A stretch of DNA of 63,108 nucleotides, filler included, from Dugesia japonica (lineage: Eukaryota): assembly GCA_001938525.1 (NCBI GenBank). It is 6 parts of 6 records of this genome, joined end to end, with 100 filler letters (N's around TTAATTAATTAA, not from the genome) between each part and the next. Parts side by side here need not be neighbours in the genome. Positions count along the whole stretch, not along the records: positions 33,667 to 42,439 come from MQRL01205193.1; positions 42,540 to 53,665 come from MQRL01646855.1; 4 more parts are not named here. One strand, written 5' to 3'. Within the stretch, counting starts at the first letter, position 1, and every line of letters begins with the position of its first letter. Under the pieces are notes generated by a model. That model saw only the letters and a list, made by a program, of their open reading frames with translations. It was not told the origin of the DNA and did not search any database. Made by a program: the position numbers and the translations under genes. Of the stretch, positions 39,101 to 50,799 are shown piece by piece.

Positions 39101-39379
39101 TGCAGTATAATTAGTGACTAGGTTTACTCTATTAAATATCTTCTATGTCCAAACAGATTTTTAAATGGTAAAACTTGTATTTTCTATGATAAGTCCATGA
39201 TTTTCCAATAATGAAACTCACATTTACAATAACGAAACAGTATAATTAGGTATAATTTATAGTCAAAAAATTGATTTACTGACTAATAATTTGGTATTTA
39301 AAAGAAAAAGAAACCTAAGTGCACGCATGTTTGAGATACTTTTTAATTTTTTCAATACTAATATCATTTGTCCTCTGGT

Positions 39380-40912
39380 ACAAGTTTTTTCAATATAATT
39401 TTTTATCTATAAGGTTTGATGATGTTATGTGATGTTTATCATGATCAGTGACAAATTCTCTATCGAATAGATACATCTTTGACCAATTTTGAGATACATT
39501 TTCAATTTTCGAAAAAAGTTAACAAATCCGGGAGAACAGCTGTTTATCTTCGTTAGAAAGCATTTTTGCCAAGACGATATTTTAGCTTTATACAGTCACT
39601 CTTTCTTCCTGAGTAAAATAATTCCAAATTTGAAACCATACGAGTTATGTACATAGAGAAAATTGAGCACCAAAACTCAAAATTTGAGATTTTTTATAAC
39701 AAAACCCCATTTATTTGATCCCTGATAAACATTTGCAATTTTAGGTTTATATATTTAGAATCAATAGAAATTTCTCTATTTAAAAAACATTTTATGAAAA
39801 GATGAGAAATAATTTATTCGAAAACTTTTAATTCAGCATAGATGGATGTAAAAGCCTCGACAAAACTTTTTTTCAAAAGTTTTTGAAATTTCAGATGTTC
39901 TTACGGATTCCCATAAAAATTTGATTTCAAAATTTTAAAAATGTGAAGATTTAAACAAAAATGACCTAGATTCACCAATTTACCACAAACATTTAAAATA
40001 TTTTTAAAAAAACTTCAAAATTTAAACAAATTTGACGTTTTCCATAAAATTCCGTAAAAATTCAACCCAAATTGATCAAACCGAGGAAATTATCTCTCAA
40101 ATTCACCTAAAACTAACCCTTGTGAGTAAATAATTGCCTAAGATTATCTAAAAATTACCCAAACTGGCCAGTCCAAACAAATAATCTACAAAATCCTCAA
40201 AAATTAACCAAATTAAACATTCCCTAGGAAATATTTCCTAAAATCCAAATTGACCATACCAAGTAAATATTTTACCAAAATTAACTAAACCGAGTAAATA
40301 AATGACCAAATTGTCAAAAATTGACCCATTTCCGAAGAAAACTTTGACCAAATTGCTGAAAAAGAAACCAAATTTAAACAGACCGATAAAAAAATTGACT
40401 GAATCACCCAAAAATTACCGAAACCGACCAATCTCGAAGAAATACTTGACCAAATTCATCTAAAACCGACCAAATTTACCCAGAATCGACCTCTCCAAGT
40501 AAATTTCCTACCAAATTCCCCCGAACTAACCAAAAGTCGATCTCATTCGACCTTACCGAGAAGATTTTCGACCAAATTCAACTAAACCTATCAAAAAATG
40601 TCCTTATTCGACCTCATCCAGAAAATTCAAGACAAAAACCACCTAAAACCAATCAAAATTGACCTCATTCGACCTCACCAAATAAATACCTGACTAAATA
40701 CTCGTGAAAAATATTACTGCTTAAAAAGCCTGAAAATATAATACCAATTTAAAATTACATTATCAATTTAATTGATGGATTAAATTTCCGATGATGTAAT
40801 TACATTATTATCAATTTAATTAAACTATCAAATTACACATAATCGCAGAAATAACATCACTAACCCTGGAGTGTATTAAGGGATTTGTGGCAGTGCGCTA
40901 CTAGCCCCTACT
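39380..40912 (-). mobile_element. Polinton-type terminus (right end) plus subterminal satellite
   Basis: Reverse complement starts AGTAGGGGCTAGTAGCGCACTG at 40912; TTGACC/CCGAG satellite at 40040-40700; inverted homology to 28500-29900. Confidence 0.65.
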
Positions 40913-40935
40913 GTTAGCCATTAAGAAAGTCAATA

Positions 40936-41500
40936 TATGAGCCAACGAAAGAGCATTTGTGCCATTTATTGCTGTTGTTAAGAAAACTACAGCCAAAAAC
41001 TACAACTAATTTTGGTTGCATGTGGTGGCTTTGATCTATCTCAAGACTCTTTCGAACCGTTGTTCAAAGGATTCAGAAATTGCGATTTGGATGTAAAAAG
41101 TAAAGAACGCCCACGTAAACCAAAGAATTTAAAGATACAGATTTCGAATCCTATATTTGCTGAAGGTAAAACGCAGACACAACAACTAGGTAAACAGTTG
41201 CATGTTTCTCAACATGCCATTCGAGATTGTTTACATCATATAGGAAAGATACAAGTCGAAGGAAAATATATTCGGCGTGAATTGAATGAAAGAATGGTGA
41301 AAAAATGGAAATCATATTTTAAAATTTAATGAAAAGACAGCAAAGAAAGTCATTTCTCCTTTGCATAGTTACAGTCGACGAAAGATTGATCAATTTTGAT
41401 AACTGCTAAGCGCAATATTCACGAAAAGAAAGTTTTGTTATGCATCTGGTAGGACGAGAAGAGTAGGTGTTCTACTATTTATCAAAACCTGGTGAAACAA
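40936..41500 (+). mobile_element. mariner (Mos1-like) transposase remnant
   Basis: KEHLCHLLL; FKGFRNCDLDVKSKERPRKPK; QTQ-QLGKQLHVSQHAIRDCLHHIGKIQVEGKYIRRELNE; RKSFLLCIVTVDE; KVLLCIW; KPGET. Confidence 0.9.
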
Positions 41501-42378
41501 AAGATTTATTTTTAAATCTGTTTCTCATAATTACTGATTTAAATTTTCGATTTTCAAAAAGAAGTTTGGAAACAGATTTTTCTTGATAACATTAATCAGA
41601 TTTTAGATTTTTATCCGATATGAGCTTTCAAAATCAAACCAGTCCACCATTTCAAAGAAAAACCTCATAAAACTTTAGATAATGGCTTTTTACGTTTGTA
41701 AAATCAATTAATGGAATTTTTCTATTACGCTTTTTTTAGTTATTTTGATCTTTATTTATTTTGTAAAGAGACTGATTTTTGAGAAAATTCATTAGCTTTC
41801 ATGTCTGATTTCATTTTGATAAAATCTTTACAAATCTGTTTTAATTTACAAATTTACATAACAAATTCAATCATATTTGATTCATTATCCGTTTTATTGA
41901 ACTTTGTATTATTATCTCTAAAATAATTATTGATTGAATTTTCATTAAAAATTGAAAATATAAATATAATTTGATGTGTATCAGTATTTCTTAAAATAAA
42001 TATATTCTTCAATTCTTTTAGAACATAATTAAATATTTACTTTTAATTATGTTTTCACATATTAACATTTTTAAGAATTTTATTGATTTCTAAATATATT
42101 GATAATGTTATATTGTTAATTGATTATACTTTAAATTATATTAATGATTTTATTTATATAACGTTCAATAAATTTTATTATCCAGTAGATAAAAATTAAA
42201 ATAATTTTTTAATTTAGTTAAAAATTATTCATGATAAATCTAATTTATGGAATTTGTTCTTAAATCAGTGTTTATATTTAATCTATCATTCAGTTGAGCG
42301 GATTAAATCGATTTTCAAAATCAGTTAAAAGTAAGATTATAATATTTTGAAATATATATGAAATTGGTAATAATTATT

Positions 42379-42439
<61 letters not shown>

Positions 42440-42539
42440 NNNNNNNNNNNNNNNNNNNNNNNNNNNNNNNNNNNNNNNNNNNNTTAATTAATTAANNNNN
42501 NNNNNNNNNNNNNNNNNNNNNNNNNNNNNNNNNNNNNNN
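42440..42539. other. Artificial contig-joining spacer
   Basis: N44-TTAATTAATTAA-N44. Confidence 0.97.
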
Positions 42540-43700
42540 ACAGAATTATTGTATATAGATATCAACAATCTATATGGATGGGCGCTAAGTCAAAAATTGC
42601 CCTATTTGATTTGGAGTGGGTTTATACAGGATTAGAAGATATTATAGATGAAAGTAAATCAGCAGACTTAGAGTCACTACCATATGGATGCAAATTGGAG
42701 GTGGACATGTTTATTCCGGCGAGATACAAGATAAATTGAACGATTTACCTGTAGCAGCAGAACATCAAAGAAATTATTACTGACTCATTACTCGAAAATG
42801 AATTATGTTATACACTGGAGGTTGCTGCAAATTTACATTAAATTAGGAGTACAGGTAATTAAAGGTTCATAGAGCAGTTAAATTCAAGCAAGCTGCGATT
42901 TTTGAAGAATACATTAAACAATATACAGTACTGAGATCAAAATGTACAACGGAATTAGATAAAACTATTACAAGTTATTAAATAATAGTCTGTACGGTAA
43001 GTCTGTAGAGAATTTGAAGAAACGAATAAACTTGCACTTGTGCAATTCAAACAAAAACGTTGATGACATATACGTCAAAAGCTAATTTTTTGAAAACTTT
43101 AAAAATAGATCAGGACCTAATAGCTGTTCTTCTTAATAAGGACATTGTTTGTTTGGATGGTCCGAGCTACATCGGACAGACTGTACTAGACCTCTCAAAA
43201 CTCCGTATGTATCAATTACAATACATTGATTTGGAAAAAAACAGGAGGGAAGAAAATTGTACAATAATGTTGTAGCTGGAGGTTGGAAAAACTAACCGGA
43301 CTGATGGTAAGAGATCAGCTATTGAATACGTCAAATTGTAGCACAAGCAATCCCATTTACTCGAAAAACTTAAACAGTATGATTGGAAAATTCAAGGACG
43401 AGAGTAAAGGGAAGAAATATAAAGAGTGGATATTTTTAAGGTCTAAATGTTATAGCCTACTCAGCGATAAAGAATCGTGTAAAGCTAAGAGCATATCATT
43501 GAAGAATAGCGGCATCACACATCAGTCATATATTGACTATTACAATAATAATTATGCTGTCATTGTAGATTAGTTTCAAATATCCACTCGTAATCATCAA
43601 CTCTACAGCATGAAAAGTAAAAAAAATAGCTCTATTCAATAGGGAGGATAAAAGAATGTGGATAGAGTAAAATATAAGTATGCCGTACGAACACTATAAA
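42540..43700 (+). pseudogene. Polinton pPolB C-terminal polymerase domain, disrupted
   Basis: LLYIDINNLYGWALSQKLP (motif A), YYKLLNNSLYGKSVENLKKR (motif B), PSYIGQTVLDLSKLRMY, IGKFKDE, FLRSKCYS; paralogous to 26468-27159. Confidence 0.92.
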
Positions 43701-45196
43701 TTAAGTAAATAACAAAAAAAATATGTAGTACTTTTTCTCGTGTTATCAAAGTGATTACAATGAAACAGAAGCTTGTGTCAAGATGGTAAGTATTTATTTT
43801 TATATTGTAAATATTTAACATTTTTCTTTAGTATTTAAATTGTTGCTTCTGATCCAGATAGTTTACTGCTGTTGCTACAAATCAAGTTGATCCGTATTGG
43901 AAAACATTTATTATTTATAAATATTAAGTACAATTTCATATTAAAGTTTATTTTGCTGCTCATTCCGCTTCTACNTTAAGAAAATTGTTCCGTATCGGTA
44001 ATGAATTACTTTATTGTAAATTTCTTTAAACAATTTTTTATTGTAGTATATTTTCAATCAACAAGAAAAGAAAAGAAATAAGAAATTATGAAGAGGAAGA
44101 AGATATTTAAAAAGAACAAGAAAAAAAATTGTGAGGAATACCAGCCCTCTTTAGGGCTACAATTGCTGATTATTGGATTTCATATTTAAAATCTTTGAGA
44201 CTAAACTCACGATATTGTTGATTTGGCTTTGTGAAATCCAAAAGGCATCTCAACAATTAAACAATAAATTCGCCGCAGTAAACTTGCTCGTGATAAAACA
44301 TGTTACATTCTAAATCTAAATAAATTTAAATATGAAATAAAAATTAAAATAAGTTATCTTTTTTATTAATAGTGCATTTATGTTTCTTTTCCAATGCAAC
44401 TGATAACGATTGTATTTTTATCATCAACCGTATATCTTTGATTACTTCCGGACTCTTACAATTTAGATCCATGTTGANNNNNNNNNNNNNNNNNNNNNNN
44501 NNNNNNNNNNNNNNNNNNNNNNNNNNNNNNNNNNNNNNNNNNNNNNNNNNNNNNNNNNNNNNNNNNNNNNAAAAAGTTATATTTTCTAATTTCTGGTTAA
44601 ATTCAAGTTTTTCATTACATTTTTCATTTTGAAATATTACTAAGAATTCCAAAAATTGAATTTCCATCAACGCGTGCAGACCAGCTTGTAATGTATTGTA
44701 ATGTATATCTATACAGTAAAACCTCTTTATGTGTTATTTCTTCCATAGCATTTATAAAAGGTTCCAAATTGTACAACTTCTTGAGAGTGATTGCTTTCTT
44801 CAATTTGCATTGGTTTAAGTATTTTTCAACACTTATTGTTAAATGTCTATTTTCCCTTGTAAAAATAAATGGAATACTTAAATTACATACCTTTTCTTTG
44901 TGTAATTCTTCATTATCCTTGTNNNNNNNNNNNNNNNNNNNNNNNNNNNNNNNNNNNNNNNNNNNNNNNNNNNNNNNNNCCATAATAATTTGAGAAAATA
45001 ATGATTGATTACTACAAATTAGACTTTACATATGTTAAAGCATGCATGTGTGTTCTTTGTTTACGCGATAGGCTGTTCTTTGTTTGTGGTACTGATTGAA
45101 TACGTTTATTATTGGTTTTATTTACATTTCTTATTTTATTGGTTAACAAAATAGTATAAAATTTAAAATAATTTAATAATTTCATTATTTTTCTAA

Positions 45197-45729
45197 ATGA
45201 ACAAATACCAGTTGATGTTGAAGATAACCAACAAGATGCTTCTCACGATGAAAATGGAACAGCAATTTTCTGAGGCTATAGGTAAATTCTTTATTTATTT
45301 AAATACCTTATAAAATTCAATTTAGATAATAGTCAAGCAGACGCGGAAACTGATATAGATATGGGAGAAGAAGAAGAAGGATTAAATACGAAAGTGATTG
45401 ATTTATTGGAAAATTCCGCAGAAGTTTTTGATCATGGTATTATTATTCTTATTATTTTATGATTTTTTATTATTATTTTAGAACAGTTTATTGATATCCT
45501 TGATATCCTTTATCCAACAATCAAAGATGACATCAAATGCTGTGCACCTGAAATAATTTGGATAAAAATAAAGAAAATAACTGGAGTGGATATCATAGAT
45601 GTCATGGACACCTTTTACAAATACCATGACGATGAATGCAGTCAATGCGAAGAAACAAAAACCATTTTAAAAAGAAACTTTCTTGATACTATTTATAGCG
45701 ATAGTAATAATATAAAACAAAGATTGTAA
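45197..45729 (+). CDS. Hypothetical three-exon protein (~147 aa), acidic middle, Cys/His-containing C-terminus
   Basis: Exons 45197-45281, 45326-45436, 45482-45729; 44- and 45-nt AT-rich GT..TTTAG introns, both phase 1, join into one stop-free frame; GTATAAAA at ~45154 and two inverted CCAAT boxes upstream. Confidence 0.7.
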
Positions 45730-46077
45730 TTTAATTGTAATTTCATTGTATTGAAGTTTAATATAATTTTTAACTAGACTTTTTGACTAAATTTTTATTA
45801 ATATCTGTGGTCGTTTAATAATTTGTAATAAAAACTTAAATTTAATGTGTTTTCATAAAAGTTGCAATTCAACTGCAGTATGTAAGCAACAAGAATGCAA
45901 CTATAACAAAAAAATGCAAACAAACAACTTNNNNNNNNNNNNNNNNNNNNNNNNNNNNNNNNNNGGTAACAACTAATAGAAACTAACAAAAAACGTGTAT
46001 GTATGTACCTTAGTAAGTATAAAAGCGGTAATTTTCTTTAAAAAAAACTTATTTTATAATTCCAAATTTTTCTCAAC

Positions 46078-46353
46078 ATGAATTATTTGGAAAAAGAACT
46101 TAAGAAATTGTCAGATTCAATTAACAGCGGATTCATTGATGAAATTCAAATCCTAACCGAGCTTGATAATTGTCCAATGAGTAAACATGACTATGTTGAA
46201 CTTATTGTCCAATCAGTATTCACGAAGAAAATTCAGGATAAATTGGAGACACGAAGAAGAATTAAATATGCTGCTATGACTCTATTGACATCAATTGTGT
46301 TGTTTTATGTGTTTAAAAGAAATTATTGTAATTATCTTATTAATAAATGTTAA
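46078..46353 (+). CDS. Small predicted tail-anchored membrane protein (91 aa)
   Basis: Intact ORF; hydrophobic YAAMTLLTSIVLFYVF flanked by RRRIK and KR; TATAAAA at 46018; AATAAA downstream; homolog at 7358-7603. Confidence 0.75.
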   Translation: MNYLEKELKKLSDSINSGFIDEIQILTELDNCPMSKHDYVELIVQSVFTKKIQDKLETRRRIKYAAMTLLTSIVLFYVFKRNYCNYLINKC

Positions 46354-46496
46354 TTTAACCAGTTTTTTTTGTTTTTCCTTATTTGTTTAAAAAAAATAAA
46401 TATAAAAAAAGAATTTTCAATAAAAAATATTTTAAAAAAATTGATGAGATAATGATCTAGAAAAAATTTTCTAACATGGGGAGTGATCTAGAAACC

Positions 46497-46672
46497 GATG
46501 AGTCATGATCTGGAAAATTGATGACTCATTGTCTTTGTTATAGTCATTGATGAGTCATCATTTTAAGTCATCGCCTTTGTTTTTGGCATCGATGAGTCAT
46601 TTTCTTTGCTCTAGTGATCGATGAGTCATACTTATGACTCATTGTCTGTGTTCTATTCATTATTGAGTCATA
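46497..46672. promoter_or_regulatory. Cluster of seven AP-1/TRE sites TGA(C/G)TCA
   Basis: Exact matches at 46499, 46522, 46551, 46593, 46622, 46635, 46664; function is inferred. Confidence 0.6.
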
Positions 46673-46797
46673 CTTTTGATTCAACGTCTTTCTTGTATAA
46701 GTTCTTTGTCTATGGGAGCGGATGTGATCCAGTGAGCTATTATCTACCTACGTATGGAAGGTAAACAAGAATGTTACTGAAACAATAAATGAAAACA

Positions 46798-47379
46798 ATT
46801 ATTAATAATTTATATATTTAAACTACAAAAAATTTTAAATTTCCCTCCAAAAAAATCTAACTCACTTTGTANTTCCGAGCGATAACTAGTAACATATAGT
46901 AACTCCCTATGAGTTATCAAAGAAAGACTTTCAAAAAAATTTCAAAAAAAAAATTTTCAAAAAATTTCATAAAAATAAAATTAATTTTGACGCAAAAAGA
47001 GCAGAAAAAAATACCTATTAAACTTTACATATAAAGATCACTAAAGCTCATATTATCTATTCANNNNNNNNNNNNNNNNNNNNNNNNNNNNNNNNNNNNN
47101 NNNNNNNNNNNNNATTATTAATAATTTATATATTTAAACTACAAAAAATTTTAAATTTCCCTCCAAAAAAATCTAACTCACTTTGTAATTCCGAGCGATA
47201 ACTAGTAACATATAGTAACTCCCTATGAGTTATCAAAGAAAGACTTTCAAAAAAATTTCAAAAAAAAAATTTTCAAAAAATTTCATAAAAATAAAATTAA
47301 TTTTGACGCAAAAAGAGCAGAAAAAAATACCTATTAAACTTTACATATAAAGATCACTAAAGCTCATATTATCTATTCA
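46798..47379. repeat. ~265-nt direct duplication around an N gap (likely assembly overlap)
   Basis: 46798-47063 is essentially identical to 47114-47379. Confidence 0.85.
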
Positions 47380-50109
47380 ACTACACATATGGTATATTAA
47401 TAAAAGATAAAATGAGAGCAAAATCACCAGCAAATGTATAAAATGTCAAAGTGTCACAATATTTTCTAAAATAAATAAATTTACCGATTTTTTTAAAACA
47501 CTTCCCATATAAATTAAAGTAGCGATTGAAGGATATATTTCTCTTGTTCCGGCAGCAGCTGTATCAAACAAAGATTTGGTATCCATTCTTGTAGTAATTA
47601 GTATAATGGATTTTTTTAAGTATCTTTTCGATGGATTAAACGTTAAATAAATGTTATATCCTGATAAATCAGNNNNNNNNNNNNNNNNNNNNNNNNNNNN
47701 NNNNNNNNNAGTCAAATGAAATAATTTTATTAATTAACAAAACAGTTATCATAACTATTGTTGAAGAAATATTAAATCATCAATAAACTTTTAATTGTTT
47801 TCAATTGTTTTAATTGAATTTTTAACAGAAAATATACGAGAAAACGTGAACGAAATTATTTAAATAAGTTGATCAAAAATTTTATTATGCATTTACAACA
47901 TTAAATAATACTTATGAAAAATAGTATGAAAGTGCGGCAAATAATTTTTCGTTTCTGAAATATTTTTAGGAATTTTTGAACTTTTATGCCATTTCATGAA
48001 AGATATCCTGAATTCATCACCATTATCAATAATAACATCTTGATTAAATTACTCTATTTGATTCAACATTTCCATTAGTTTAGTTGACATTATATCATCC
48101 ATTGCTTCACACATAATTTGAAAAATTTACAATGATTGCAAACACTTAATTTAAACAAATAGTATTTAAATTGTTAATAAAATCAATAAATTAATTAATT
48201 TTTTTAATCTTTTAATATAGTATCAACTATTGGTTAATAACGTATTGTCTTGATGCTAACTATTACAAACTTGCCTGATGAAAATAGATTGGCACATATG
48301 TGATCATACTGCTCAATAATTCGATCATTTCAGGTATTAATAAATAATTGGAATACTATGGAACTATATTTGACTAGTGATTTGTGGAAAAACTGAATTG
48401 TTAATTTTTGATCGTCCATCGCTTCAAAACAGGAAAGCATTTAAAGAAAAGTCTGGTGTATTGCCTAACAATTACATGTTTCATGATATGTTCAAAAATG
48501 GTATTCTGGTATTTCAATAATATCAAAATTAGAGTTGCAAATGAAACGTATATTTCAAAGGTAAGAACTGACTCTATTTTAAATTATAATAGAAATTTTA
48601 AGAATATTTATCTTAATGCACTTGTATAAAGAACTAAATAATTTCGAAAAATGTTTATTAAATCATCACAACTATTGTATATGGTTCTTTGCAACTCGAT
48701 TTCATAAATCAATCATAATATCTTGTTTTTGGTGTTAATTTCCACATTTAATTGAAGAAATTATATCCAAAAATTACGGAAGAATCATTAAATTATGAAC
48801 CAAAATATGTATTATTGGATGCAAAATCGATGGTTAGAAGAGTTCAAGTATATCCATTAGTACTAACAAGTCATCAAATTTGATTAAGCAAATAATGTGT
48901 TATTTAACCAATAAGATCAAAGGAAATTGTATCATATGTAATTAATGATAACAGTCATCGTTTTATAAGAAATAAATTTAAGCGTATGTAAAAGTAAATT
49001 TAAATTTAAGAAGTAAAGTTAAATTCAAACTTTGGAAGCGATATATATAGCAATAAATAGTTAGAAATATGGGATATTTAAACAAGAATACGAATTTTGG
49101 AAGAACTCTTAGAAATATTTAGAATAAATATCCCGTTTTTACATTCGTTCTTGGATTTTTATTCAACAAATTTTCAGGACTGCACAAGATTTTGAGAATC
49201 CGAAAGAGTAGAGAGATAGTAGCGCATCAAAATATCTATCCCCTGGCAAGTGTTTTGAAAAAGTAATTTTTGAGCGTTTTGATTGGTCAATAAAAATCCA
49301 TGGAAAATTTTAAATGTTCTGAAAATTTGAGCAATTAGATTTTTCGATAAAAATACATGGAATATTTTTCGATTTTGCTTTGTCGATATTTTGGTCGAGG
49401 AGTTTGAAAATTTGAATTTAATTTTTCGGCGAATTTTTATTGTATGACTTCAAATTTTGTATGGATGAACTTGTAATTAAATTCTGTATAAGAAAATAAT
49501 TTTACCTTTTTCAAAACATGTTTGGTTCTCGCTACAAGGGTAGTAGCGGCATGAGAACACTTTGACTTATTTTATAAATTTCTCGGTCAATACCCATCGT
49601 ATCGCTCTGAAAATGATTTAATCTGATTAAGAATAAGATTTTAAACATATTTTGTTAAAGTTTTGTTGTAAAAATGCTTTGTTCAAAAGTTAGAAAATTA
49701 CCATGTCCCACCTTAGATAAAAAAATTATTTACATAGAAAATACTTATGATAAAAAAAACTGAATATATTTCGTATTGGGTTAGCAGTATAAAAATGCTT
49801 CCTTCAGGAAATAATGTACAACTATATAGTTAATTATAAATCAGAATTATAATTAAATTAATAATAATTTTTAAAGTATTGTTAAACGATTCAACTAAAA
49901 ATTAAAAAGTTCTATAGAAATATAATTTCACTTTACTTAAAAATAAAGATTATTGATATAACAAGATTTATTTCAATAAAAATTTAATCTTTATTGAACA
50001 AATTTGAGCTGGTTGATATTGTATTGGTTTGTATTGATACACTAAAATTAAATGCATTGAGGTAATGAAATAATAATTAATAAAATACTACTACTACAAA
50101 ATTTTTATC

Positions 50110-50700
50110 ATGAATCGTTAATTTTTCATAAAAAAATATCAGTCAAGTCAACTTCTTTCTCTACTTTAACTGGTTCATCGATATACTACCATACAATAAA
50201 AACCGTATGAAACCTTTGGTATTGACGATATATGGCAAATGGATTTGGTGAAAATGATATTGTATTCGAGAATTAATAAAGAATACAATGATATTTTGAC
50301 ATGTGTCGATGTATTTAATAGATTTGCAAGAGTTGTAGCTATAAAATCAAAATCTGCTAATAAGATGGAAGCTGCAATAAAAACAATCTTCAAATAGGGG
50401 CATCCTGATAATTTGCAAACTGATTTGGGAAAAGAATTCTATAATTAAAAGTCAAAATTATTATTAATCATCTCAAGATTAGTCATTATTCTGTATTTTC
50501 ACAATACAAAGCAGCATATATTGACAAATTTAATCGAATCTTGAGAGATGCATTGTACATATTGGTAATAAAACTTGGATACACGTTTTATTCAAAGTAA
50601 TCGATAGTTATAATCACACAAGTCACATAGGGTTAAATGAAGCAAGACCTGCATCATCTAATAATTCAATGAAATTATGGATTTTGAGACATCAACCAAA
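50110..50700 (+). pseudogene. Polinton rve (c-)integrase, disrupted
   Basis: GIDDIWQMDLV, ILTCVDVFNRFA, PDNLQTDLGKEFYN, KAAYIDKFNR. Confidence 0.9.
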
Positions 50701-50799
50701 TGTTGGTGATCATTTTAGAATCTCAAAGATATAAGCTTCACTATTCATCAAGAATTTCGATTGTAATTGGAGTGATGAAGTGTTTCAAATATCAAAAAA

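Larger units (their letters stand above)
42540..46752 (+). mobile_element. Polinton fragment: pPolB, accessory genes, right terminus
   Basis: PolB at left; reverse-strand terminus (C)GTAGGTAGATAATAGCTCAC at 46752. Confidence 0.7.

Noticed and set aside
27593-40912. One complete 13-kb Polinton bounded by TIRs
   Set aside because: The termini are on different contigs, are diverged, have no matching 6-bp flanks and other termini intervene
46798-47379. Tandem duplication or LTR pair
   Set aside because: Identical copies directly flank an N gap; most likely an unmerged contig overlap
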